A DNA stretch of 64,000 nucleotides from a virus (Duplodnaviria > Caudoviricetes), in the IMG/VR virus record IMGVR_UViG_3300037515_000879, positions 1 through 64,000 of that record; one strand, 5' to 3'. Under the pieces are notes generated by a model. It saw only the letters and a list, made by a program, of their open reading frames with translations, was not told the DNA's origin and made no database searches. The position numbers were made by a program, and so were the translations under genes. Below, in pieces: positions 29,573 through 37,446 of the stretch (position 1 is the stretch's first letter; the number at the start of each line of letters is the position of its first letter).

Positions 29573-30454
29573 TTAAATGTCCAAATAAACAGGCGTTCCA
29601 TACTTCTTAAGATTTTCTTTCCTTTGATGGAAAACAGTATCTTCAATCGGATAATTAAACCATACGACTTCTTGAACCTCTTTTGTCCTTATTCCGTTTT
29701 TTTTTGATGGAAAACTTATCTTAGTCCAGTCAGAATATAATTCATTGTACAATTTGGAATCATAACCCGATATCATCACCTTTCCTTTTAGTTTATGGTT
29801 CAGTTCCGCTAATTTGATATGTTTGTTTTGTGGAAACTCATGTGTATAATTGTTCCTTGAATTCCTGACCGATTCAAGATACGGTGGATCCTCATAAAAG
29901 AAAATATCCTTGAAATCCAGTTTCTTTATAAAATCAAAAGCATCATAATTCGTAATCTGAATTTCTTTTCGCAGCAGCAACGCAACTTTGTGAAGTTTTG
30001 GTATAGCATTGTTCCATTTGCTTACAGAAGATCCTTTTTCGGCCAAACAGGTCTTGTGGCACATATCCCAGCCCTTGTTCTGCCTTGAAGAACCAAGGCC
30101 CATGAACGATTGTCTCAATCTTACATAGAAACGCCTGGCATTTTCAATTTTGTCATCGCTCTTTTCCCAGCACCTCTCATATTCTTCCCTACTGCATGGC
30201 GTAAATTCCAATAACCGGATCAGTTCCGGCTCATGATCCCTCAACACCTCAAAGAAATTGGTAATATCACAATTGATCTCATTGACGGTTTTAATAATCT
30301 TACCTTTATAATTCAGGGTAACAGCAAAACTTCCACCAAAGACATCAGCAAAATGTACAAAGTTTACCGGAAAATAATCATATAACTGATCCAGGTAAGT
30401 AATCTTTCCACCAAAATAATTGAACGCTATAAGTTTGCTCCTGTTTCCACTCAT
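29573..30454 (-). CDS. dam: DNA adenine N6-methyltransferase (D12/Dam class)
   Basis: YFGGK, DVFGGSFAV, NEIN, YEDPPY. Target sequence not inferable. Confidence 0.92.
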   Translation of the reverse strand: MSGNRSKLIAFNYFGGKITYLDQLYDYFPVNFVHFADVFGGSFAVTLNYKGKIIKTVNEINCDITNFFEVLRDHEPELIRLLEFTPCSREEYERCWEKSDDKIENARRFYVRLRQSFMGLGSSRQNKGWDMCHKTCLAEKGSSVSKWNNAIPKLHKVALLLRKEIQITNYDAFDFIKKLDFKDIFFYEDPPYLESVRNSRNNYTHEFPQNKHIKLAELNHKLKGKVMISGYDSKLYNELYSDWTKISFPSKKNGIRTKEVQEVVWFNYPIEDTVFHQRKENLKKYGTPVYLDI

Positions 30455-30492
30455 TGATCATTGTACTTTTAAAAACAATAGTTGTTCAAACA

Positions 30493-30509
30493 TACGACAT
30501 TATGACATA
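30493..30509. promoter_or_regulatory. 17-bp palindromic operator, copy 2
   Basis: TACGACATTATGACATA; minus-strand TATGTTTG at 30487-30494. Confidence 0.7.
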
Positions 30510-30510
30510 T

Positions 30511-30546
30511 AAAAAAAGTCTTGCAGATTTTTACCCACAAGACTTT
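30511..30546 (-). terminator. Intrinsic terminator
   Basis: AAAGUCUUG/CAAGACUUU stem plus a U-run. Confidence 0.7.
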
Positions 30547-30616
30547 GCCCCAAATCAAGAACTTTATCTCTAAAGTAATGACATTTCAAATATAATGATT
30601 TTTGACATATAAAGCC

Positions 30617-31081
30617 CTATCTGTCAGATTTTCTCCAATCACCAACAACAAATTTCCCATCACTGATATACCATCCTTCCCTTACGGTATCAATAGAAAC
30701 AATGTCAACAGGAGAAAGATTAAGGGCCAACTGGTTCGGGTTCGGATCGTGGACAACTTCCATCTTTTTGTTTATGACAACGGAATGCATAACACCTTCA
30801 AACGTCTGGCTCGGAACTGTAGCCTCAAAATAACCACCAATCCCACCATCATAATCCAACACTTCCAATGTCAGCGAAATATTGTCCTTGCGAACCATAT
30901 GTGGAGTTACATTCAAATAGCCCATCTTTTTGTAGAAATCCATAAGCATATGATACCACTTGCCTTCCCCACCCTTAAAATCAGGAACTTCGTCAATATC
31001 CATTTCAAACAACGAGGCCATTGTCGCCCGAAGACAATCCCCATTTTCACCGCACACCTGTTTTTGGAACACTTTTTTCAT
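30617..31081 (-). CDS. Papain-like (C39-type) fold protein
   Basis: NGDCLRATMASLF...VPDF...HSVV...VVHDPNP gives a Cys-His-Asp triad. Likely start is the ATG at 31081. Confidence 0.6.
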   Translation of the reverse strand: MKKVFQKQVCGENGDCLRATMASLFEMDIDEVPDFKGGEGKWYHMLMDFYKKMGYLNVTPHMVRKDNISLTLEVLDYDGGIGGYFEATVPSQTFEGVMHSVVINKKMEVVHDPNPNQLALNLSPVDIVSIDTVREGWYISDGKFVVGDWRKSDR

Positions 31082-31177
31082 AACAAAATATAACAAAAAG
31101 ACAGGAACGCTGTCCTGCCTTTTCTTCAACTAACCAATCACCAAGAATCAATACATTAATCCTTGTGATAAATATAT

Positions 31178-31255
31178 AAAAAAAATCCCGAACATTCACC
31201 ACCTACTAAAATGAATTCTGCCCGGGATTAATTATTAATAGCATTTAATCGAAGT
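31178..31255 (-). ncRNA. Candidate small RNA
   Basis: TATATTTG box at 31260-31267, then an 11-bp stem with two GU pairs plus a 6-bp inner stem and a long U-run; no ORF. Confidence 0.3.
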
Positions 31256-31283
31256 ACAACAAATATAATACTTTTTAGTAAAC

Positions 31284-31316
31284 AAAAAAATCCCACATCA
31301 TTCCTGACATGGGATT
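31284..31316 (-). terminator. Intrinsic terminator
   Basis: AAUCCCAU-GUCA-GGAA-UGAU-GUGGGAUU plus a U-run. Confidence 0.7.
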
Positions 31317-31388
31317 GCCCCGAAAGGAGCTGGCAATTAACTAAACTTAAAAATATGACCTCGTAAATATAACTGTTTTTTATAGATT

Positions 31389-31814
31389 TTACTTTTGTTC
31401 CAATAATAGATTTGTACCAAAAATATCCTCACTCAACGTATGACCGCTTTTTGTAATGGCATAAGGAAAAAATACCTCTGCCATTGAAACAATTTCAGAT
31501 TCTATTATCGCCATCTGCGCATCGGTCCAAACTTTTACAATACGCAAAGCTGTTCTAATAGCCTGTTCCTTTGTCTTGTATTTTTTTGGAACATCAGATT
31601 GTTTTTCAAGAACCTTGTACACATTTTCCCAATTGCAAGGCAAACTGTAGTAAATAGGCTTTCCTTTGTAAAAAATTTCAAACGTTAAAGAAATAGGAAG
31701 TCCATTTTCATAATCCACAATAATCTTGTTTGCTGAATGCTCCACCAAATTCTTGGTAATCTCACCAATGGTCTTTATCGGGTCAACAGTAGTAGTATAA
31801 TTCAATATAGGCAT
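31389..31814 (-). CDS. Conserved phage protein of unknown function
   Basis: MPILNYTT...EQAIRTALRIVKVWTDAQMAIIE...AEVFFPY is a widespread phage pattern. Confidence 0.75.
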   Translation of the reverse strand: MPILNYTTTVDPIKTIGEITKNLVEHSANKIIVDYENGLPISLTFEIFYKGKPIYYSLPCNWENVYKVLEKQSDVPKKYKTKEQAIRTALRIVKVWTDAQMAIIESEIVSMAEVFFPYAITKSGHTLSEDIFGTNLLLEQK

Positions 31815-31834
31815 TTCTTCTGTTTTTTAATTTG

Positions 31835-32068
31835 TTATTTCGGAACAGGTGGAACCGGAGAATATATACTGGACAACTCCTCAATACTGGAAACATTGCT
31901 CCTCTCCGATCCAAAACCCTGTTGATAAATAGTCCTAAAAATCCCACCACCACCCCGTAACAATGATATCGCCGTCTCATAGTCCATATCCTCAACAAAT
32001 ACCTTACCATCCTTCCTTGATACCAACGTAACCAATAAACTACCAGAATGCTCAACCTTTTTTGACAT
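31835..32068 (-). CDS. Hypothetical protein
   Basis: ATG start, fits between its neighbours. Confidence 0.5.
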   Translation of the reverse strand: MSKKVEHSGSLLVTLVSRKDGKVFVEDMDYETAISLLRGGGGIFRTIYQQGFGSERSNVSSIEELSSIYSPVPPVPK

Positions 32069-32104
32069 AGATCATATAAACATGTGAGGGTCTTCAAACA
32101 TGTC

Positions 32105-32161
32105 TTAATCCAAATCTTCAAACATGTTTTCATCATCATCAACCAATACTATCCCTTCCAT
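32105..32161 (-). CDS. Candidate 18-aa acidic peptide (MEGIVLVDDDENMFEDLD)
   Basis: First ATG after the operator-linked promoter, in aaaaattATG context. Confidence 0.4.
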   Translation of the reverse strand: MEGIVLVDDDENMFEDLD

Positions 32162-32193
32162 AATTTTTAATATATAAAACGTTTTTTCAAATA

Positions 32194-32210
32194 TACGTCA
32201 TAATGTCGTA
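32194..32210. promoter_or_regulatory. 17-bp palindromic operator, copy 3 (inverted)
   Basis: TACGTCATAATGTCGTA; minus-strand TATATTTG at 32188-32195. Confidence 0.7.
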
Positions 32211-32280
32211 TAAAAAAATTTTTATAAAAAAAATAAAAAATGTGAAAAATAGTGCCGACGGATGGTTACTACCAAAAATG

Positions 32281-32314
32281 CCCCCCCTACAATTTCATTT
32301 TCGGGGGGGTGGGG
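32281..32314. repeat. C7/G7 inverted repeat plus G4 run at the strand switch
   Basis: CCCCCCC-15 nt-GGGGGGG-T-GGGG in an AT-rich genome. Confidence 0.7.
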
Positions 32315-32382
32315 TAGTTTGATGAACATCAAAAAAGAGAGTCCTTTAGGGTAAAGGACCGTTAATCTAAAATCTATTTATT

Positions 32383-32655
32383 ATGAAAGATTTTAATTCC
32401 ATTCGTCAGTCTCTATTAAAAGAGGCTACTGAAAATCCAAAAGCATTTGCTACCGCAAGTGTTGTTGGTGTCGCTGGTTCTGCTGCATCCATTGCATATG
32501 CCACGACTTTAACCACAACGTCCATTGTCAATGGCGCTGTTATTACTGCCAAGGCATCTGTTGTTGCCAAGGCTGTTGTTGGTGTTGCATTGTTAGGTGC
32601 AACCATCTATGGTTCTTACAAGCTCTATGGCTATCTCAAACCTAAAATGAAATAG
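32383..32655 (+). CDS. Ala/Val/Gly-rich small membrane protein (YATTLT family)
   Basis: Long hydrophobic segments; IAYATTLT. Confidence 0.7.
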   Translation: MKDFNSIRQSLLKEATENPKAFATASVVGVAGSAASIAYATTLTTTSIVNGAVITAKASVVAKAVVGVALLGATIYGSYKLYGYLKPKMK

Positions 32656-32657
32656 CC

Positions 32658-32888
32658 ATGTGTGATTCCATTTCACGTGAGGAGTTCTACGAAGAAGAGA
32701 ACGACTTCACATCCGAGTTATTGGATTGGCTCGAGGAAGATATGTTCCAAGAGTCCAAGGAACAACAACTTATGGACGAACTCGCAATGAAATATTGCGG
32801 TTGTCCATTTGATATTATCGACGAGGTTGTCGATAAAGAGGTTGCCACGCATTATAAGCAACTTATAATCAATGAACTTAAATCATAA
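32658..32888 (+). CDS. Very acidic small early protein
   Basis: About 22 D/E versus 6 K/R in 76 aa (hand count). Confidence 0.7.
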   Translation: MCDSISREEFYEEENDFTSELLDWLEEDMFQESKEQQLMDELAMKYCGCPFDIIDEVVDKEVATHYKQLIINELKS

Positions 32889-32893
32889 ACATC

Positions 32894-33001
32894 ATGAAAG
32901 ACACGCCTATCACTCCATTTGATAAAGTCATTGCCATTATTGTGGCAATACTGGTCGTTTCTATGTTGATTGTCAACATTTATAGATTAATAACCCTTTA
33001 A
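32894..33001 (+). CDS. 35-aa single-TM protein
   Basis: MKDTPITPFDKVIAIIVAILVVSMLIVNIYRLITL; below the ORF-track cutoff. Confidence 0.6.
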   Translation: MKDTPITPFDKVIAIIVAILVVSMLIVNIYRLITL

Positions 33002-33011
33002 AACAATAGCC

Positions 33012-33164
33012 ATGATATCAACACGATTACTCCATGTTGTCATGAGAGTATATGAATGCTCTTGTGTAGAAGCCTATCAATTCTTGGTCAATGACCACAA
33101 CAAGGCTTTCTTGTTTTCAAGTGGCAAGGTTTATATACCTTACCCCTGGTCCAGAAAACAATAA
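33012..33164 (+). CDS. 50-aa hypothetical protein
   Basis: MISTRLLHVVMRVYECSCVEAYQFL...; same aatagccATG start context as the 32658 ORF. Confidence 0.5.
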   Translation: MISTRLLHVVMRVYECSCVEAYQFLVNDHNKAFLFSSGKVYIPYPWSRKQ

Positions 33165-33233
33165 AATAATCCATGCTTTTTGTAGGAAATTATACCTACT
33201 ATGTATAAGATAGTATATTGTTATCGGAGTATC

Positions 33234-33481
33234 TGAACGTACACTATCCGATAGTGTATGAACGTACACTATGTTTTCGACTTAAAAACATGATATACAG
33301 CAATATACAAAAAAATTTGTGCGCGTTATATATATATATAGCATTTGTGTGTACAATCACCAGTATATTATAGTATATTATAGTATCTATTAACATTCTA
33401 TAATATACTTGTTTTTTTTTTTTGCTGTTTAATAAAATGTAGCATACTATAGTATGCCATAACATCTATTAACATTCTATA
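33234..33481. repeat. Cluster of direct repeats and palindromes in an AT-rich non-coding region
   Basis: TGAACGTACACTAT x2 (33234, 33259); TACACTAT-ccg-ATAGTGTA; AGTATATTAT tandem; ATCTATTAACATTCTATA x2 (33385, 33464); perfect GCATACTATAGTATGC (33442-33457). Confidence 0.8.
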
Positions 33482-33772
33482 AATATACCACTGAACGCTT
33501 CCGTGTTTTTTTGGATGCTAACAATCTACGGCATAATTATTAACATACTATTGTTATAATACTATATATCGGGTGTTAAACTTAGACATTCAGGACATTT
33601 GATTTCATATATATATAACATTTTCCATTAATAGTAAATATTCTATATAATGATGAACATCAATAAAAAGTTTTAGTATTGTAAACGAATACTAAGGTAA
33701 TCTTAATATATCATGTTAAGGCAGATGCATGAAAAAAGAAGTGATGCCGTTAATTAAATCAATTTATAGTTT

Positions 33773-34102
33773 ATGAAAACTAGGATTAAGAAAGCCAAGG
33801 GCTTTATTGTAAATGCGCTAGTACAAGGTGTACAAAGTACATGTAGTGCAACACATCTTGGGTTGAGTTATTCAATCAAGGGTGTTGAGATTGTTGAATC
33901 CAAATTAGTACACAGGGTGTATGGTTTGGAAGAAGAAGAGGTCATTAAAGAGCGTAGGCTACATACTAATGTAACCATGCTCAATAATGCTAAGGCATAC
34001 AATGCCTTTAAGGAACGCGTTGTTGAACTTGCTAAGAGTAAGTTCGGTAGTCCTGAAGAGGTCATTGTAGAGACGATTGATCATGGTAACATGTTTGTAT
34101 AA
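33773..34102 (+). CDS. Hypothetical early protein
   Basis: Monocistronic, with its own leader and terminator. Confidence 0.7.
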   Translation: MKTRIKKAKGFIVNALVQGVQSTCSATHLGLSYSIKGVEIVESKLVHRVYGLEEEEVIKERRLHTNVTMLNNAKAYNAFKERVVELAKSKFGSPEEVIVETIDHGNMFV

Positions 34103-34112
34103 TCTATAATAT

Positions 34113-34156
34113 ACACCAACAAAAATCCACCTTTGAGGGGTGGATTTTTTGGTGTT
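34113..34156 (+). terminator. Bidirectional intrinsic terminator
   Basis: AAAAATCCACC/GGTGGATTTTT stem, extended by ACACCA/TGGTGT. Confidence 0.8.
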
Positions 34157-34176
34157 GATTAAAAACATTTGATAAT

Positions 34177-34521
34177 ATGAATGGTTCCTCAAAAGGAATG
34201 GTGATGTTTATCATTATTGTTATGATATCGTTTATGATAGGCAGTTATATACTTACTGCTACATTTTTCGGTATCATAACATTGGTAGGCCTTATAGTTC
34301 TTATAGAGAGCATAGGTCCTTTGAAATGGTTGTTAAGTCGTAGTTCAAGGATATTTGATTTAATACTCTTTGGCTTTACGATATTAGCGACAATGAGCTA
34401 TGGACTCAATATAGCAGCGTCATTGACTGTTGCCGGATTGGGTTATACTTTAGTGTATGCTCCGTATTTACGAGAGCAATTAATACTAAAGAGAAAGAAT
34501 AATAAATCATTTAAAAAATAA
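34177..34521 (+). CDS. Multi-TM membrane protein
   Basis: Three to four hydrophobic segments and a basic tail. Confidence 0.7.
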   Translation: MNGSSKGMVMFIIIVMISFMIGSYILTATFFGIITLVGLIVLIESIGPLKWLLSRSSRIFDLILFGFTILATMSYGLNIAASLTVAGLGYTLVYAPYLREQLILKRKNNKSFKK

Positions 34522-34527
34522 TTCATT

Positions 34528-34779
34528 ATGGATTCTAAACAAAAAAAGGCCATTAAAGTTGGCCAGGAAGTAATATCCAATACTATTGGCGTTGTAGCCG
34601 GTATTGGTGTTGCAGTTGTTGCAATAGGGTATGCAACTACCCTTACTGGAAAGATTATTGGTGGAGCGTTTGTTTATGCCTTTGTTGCCGGTGCGAGTTC
34701 TCGTGCCGTGGACTTGGTAACAGCTCCTATTGTTAAACATTTAAATAAAGAAGACGATGTTTCTAAAGAAGCTTTATGA
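34528..34779 (+). CDS. Gly/Ala/Val-rich small membrane protein (YATTLT family)
   Basis: AIGYATTLT; Gly-zipper-like. Confidence 0.7.
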   Translation: MDSKQKKAIKVGQEVISNTIGVVAGIGVAVVAIGYATTLTGKIIGGAFVYAFVAGASSRAVDLVTAPIVKHLNKEDDVSKEAL

Positions 34780-34934
34780 CAGAGTTTTAGGTGATAGTCA
34801 TACAGAGACTACCACTGAATACATTAAAGGCAGGAAAATAGTTACTGTCAAGACCTATAAGGGTTCTGTTTGCATTTTTAAAAATGTAACGACCTATTAT
34901 CCGGGGTTTAGTATTAATCTTTAATCTATAACTT

Positions 34935-35291
34935 ATGACCAGAATCAAACCTTGGGAAGCCAAGGCATTGAAAGGCAGAATGAGAAAGTTCAAATATTTT
35001 GTGGATAGTACTTCACATTATTCACATTTCAATACATTCGAGCCTATACTACAATACCAGCCTTCCGATAAGGAAGAGGACTTTAAAGTCCAAGTTGGTG
35101 TCAATGGAAAGTTGTGTATGACACGTGAGGAGTTCGATAAATATGGATCGTTGACTCCTACCGATTATAAGTTCATAAACTTGTACTTTCCTACGGAGAC
35201 TGTGTTTGAAAGAACGGAACGATTCCTTAAAAAACGAATGGAATCTTACCGACTGCGACACAAAGAATATCTAAAACAAAGGGCCTCATAA
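34935..35291 (+). CDS. Hypothetical protein
   Basis: Followed by a GGGCCTC/GAGGCCC hairpin at the stop (35281-35299). Confidence 0.65.
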   Translation: MTRIKPWEAKALKGRMRKFKYFVDSTSHYSHFNTFEPILQYQPSDKEEDFKVQVGVNGKLCMTREEFDKYGSLTPTDYKFINLYFPTETVFERTERFLKKRMESYRLRHKEYLKQRAS

Positions 35292-35397
35292 AGAGGCCCA
35301 ATTGTAAGCTTTGCATAATATCTGTTGCTGAACAACGGGTCAAATATATGAAATAATATTGAATGTTATCAAATAAGATTGATATATAGTATAAATA

Positions 35398-35808
35398 TCA
35401 TATAACTTTAATCAATCTTGGTTTGTTCATTTTGACCTTGATATTCTTTTTGAGCTTAAATAGGCCGAATAGAAATTCCTGTTGTCTTCTGGAGTAATAG
35501 TTGACATAAATGGGATTTATGTAATAGCAATTGCCCTGACAGAATATAAGCTCTCTATCAACGAGTTCTTTTCTGTATCTATGGAAATTACCAAAAGAGC
35601 TGAAGTTAAGTTCTTGATAGGTTTTTTGAATGATTACACTATCCAAAGACATTGTGTTTGAAGTGTAATTCAATAAATCTATGAACAGTTCTTGGGCTCT
35701 TGGTTTTACACTTGAAAACCGCAATAGACCCTCGTGGGTAATTTCATATTTTTTAACTCTATTTTGATTATATAGCTGGGAAATCTTAGCCTTGATGATG
35801 TCTTTCAT
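35398..35808 (-). CDS. RepL-like winged-helix DNA-binding protein
   Basis: FSSFGNFHRYRKELVDRELI...GNCYYINP; divergent TATATTTG box at 35829-35836. Confidence 0.55.
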   Translation of the reverse strand: MKDIIKAKISQLYNQNRVKKYEITHEGLLRFSSVKPRAQELFIDLLNYTSNTMSLDSVIIQKTYQELNFSSFGNFHRYRKELVDRELIFCQGNCYYINPIYVNYYSRRQQEFLFGLFKLKKNIKVKMNKPRLIKVI

Positions 35809-35882
35809 TATCGGGATATTATGCCCTACAAATATAATAATTTTGTTTAATTAAAAAAGTCCTGGAAACAGGCAAATTTAAA

Positions 35883-36344
35883 ATGAGTGCAATTTTCAAT
35901 ACGATGATAGTAACGCTTTGCGTACTTGAAATCAATGAGAAAAAGAACAGTGCAAAGGTTGAATATTCTTTGCGCGATGGACGTAAAATCATTGACAAGG
36001 ATATCCTTGAAGATGTATTTATTACTGGACTTGCAAAATATAGATTTGACAACAACGATAAGTTTGTTGTTGGGAAAACCTATAAGAGCGAAAACAACAG
36101 CAAGGACTATGAGGCGTGTCCAATTAAGTTAATCAGGACCGCTGATTCTAAAAACAAACCAATGTTTGTCCTTAAAGTTGTAAATCAAGGCAATGACTAT
36201 TTAAAAGAATTTGTTACTCCAAATGGTCATGTTGTAAAAAGTCGGTTTTTCACTACTATTCCAAATACTGAATGGTTGAGATATTCCGATTACTTTGATT
36301 ACGCTATTAAAAAGCGTGAAGAAATGAAAGCTGAAAACGTTTAA
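35883..36344 (+). CDS. Hypothetical protein
   Basis: TAATTTTG box at 35838-35845; terminator after the gene. Confidence 0.65.
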   Translation: MSAIFNTMIVTLCVLEINEKKNSAKVEYSLRDGRKIIDKDILEDVFITGLAKYRFDNNDKFVVGKTYKSENNSKDYEACPIKLIRTADSKNKPMFVLKVVNQGNDYLKEFVTPNGHVVKSRFFTTIPNTEWLRYSDYFDYAIKKREEMKAENV

Positions 36345-36356
36345 TTATGTTGATTT

Positions 36357-36389
36357 AATAAGCCCTTTCTTAATTGAAGGGGCTTATTT
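36357..36389 (+). terminator. Intrinsic terminator
   Basis: AATAAGCCCTTTC/GAAGGGGCTTATT. Confidence 0.75.
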
Positions 36390-36446
36390 AAAATAATTTG
36401 TATATTTGAGTTGTTATAACATATTAAACCTCAAAAACAAATTATC

Positions 36447-37142
36447 ATGAGCGCGACAAAAAGAAAAGACTACGTGGGAACCATCGGTGCATTAAAAATA
36501 TTGCTTACCGCAATAGTTGCTGGTGAAACCGTAACAATCAATGGCCTTGTATATACAGCCGTGAATGGAGCAAAAGCCAACAATACTGAATTCAGTGCAG
36601 ATACATCTGATACTGCTGCTGCAACAGACCTTGCGGATTCTATTAACAATGATGTTCGTTCTGGAACATATGAAGCAACCTTGGTTGCAACATCTAGTGG
36701 AACTCAAGTAACTGTAACGGCGACAAGCACCAATATCAATTTGCTTACTGCAGAAAGTAATGATCAAGCAATTATAACTGTTGCAGAGAGTTTCACATTG
36801 CTTTCATTGGCATCAAATTCCGGAAATAATAATCCTACATTGAAACAGGTGAATTTTATGAATACACCATTTTCTGTGCAGAGTTCCGGAGCCGATAAAG
36901 AAGTGTGGAAATCAACAACAGCAAGATTGCTTCAGATAGACACCGAGACCAAATTCAATGCACTTGCCGTAAGGGATAGAGTATTGAACGGAAGCCGTGA
37001 AGGATGGATATCAGCACACGTAGCTAGTACAAGCCTTGAATTTACTTATCTTGATATAACAAAAACTGAAATTTCAAAAACCTTGACAATGGCAGAAGTC
37101 TTTGCCAGTGGTGATTTGTTCTTTTTGAACGAGGATTTTTAA
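36447..37142 (+). CDS. Virion-structural-like protein in its own transcription unit
   Basis: GETVTINGLVYT...AAATDLADSIN...VATSSGTQVTVTA is a sheath/fibre insertion-type domain; TATATTTG box at 36401-36408. Confidence 0.6.
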   Translation: MSATKRKDYVGTIGALKILLTAIVAGETVTINGLVYTAVNGAKANNTEFSADTSDTAAATDLADSINNDVRSGTYEATLVATSSGTQVTVTATSTNINLLTAESNDQAIITVAESFTLLSLASNSGNNNPTLKQVNFMNTPFSVQSSGADKEVWKSTTARLLQIDTETKFNALAVRDRVLNGSREGWISAHVASTSLEFTYLDITKTEISKTLTMAEVFASGDLFFLNEDF

Positions 37143-37164
37143 GTTTAATTGTTTTAATTGATTT

Positions 37165-37192
37165 AAAGCCATGCAATTGCGTGGCTTTTTTT
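37165..37192 (+). terminator. Intrinsic terminator
   Basis: AAAGCCATGC-AATT-GCGTGGCTTT plus a T-run. Confidence 0.8.
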
Positions 37193-37203
37193 ATTATATT
37201 GTA

Positions 37204-37446
37204 ATGAAAGAAACAGATATTCGAAAAAAAACCAAGAAACAATATATTTTATCTTCTAAAGAAAAAAAAGACATTTATACAATGCTTTTTGGTCCTTATG
37301 AAGACGAATGGTATGATGAAAACGGTATTGTTGACAATACCGATGTAACAATAGCAAGAAGGCTTAATATATCAAGGGTATCTGTTGCTGCTTATACAAA
37401 CAGATTGTGTCATATGCATTTTAATAAAATCAATAGTAATGGATAA
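37204..37446 (+). CDS. Small HTH DNA-binding protein
   Basis: DVTIARRLNISRVSVAAY. The track ATG at 37171 lies inside the terminator, so 37204 is the likelier start. Confidence 0.6.
   Translation: MKETDIRKKTKKQYILSSKEKKDIYTMLFGPYEDEWYDENGIVDNTDVTIARRLNISRVSVAAYTNRLCHMHFNKINSNG

Noticed and set aside
31783-32142. 119-aa ORF in the track (MMMMKTCL...)
   Set aside because: It is an off-frame reading of repeats and overlaps two better-supported ORFs.
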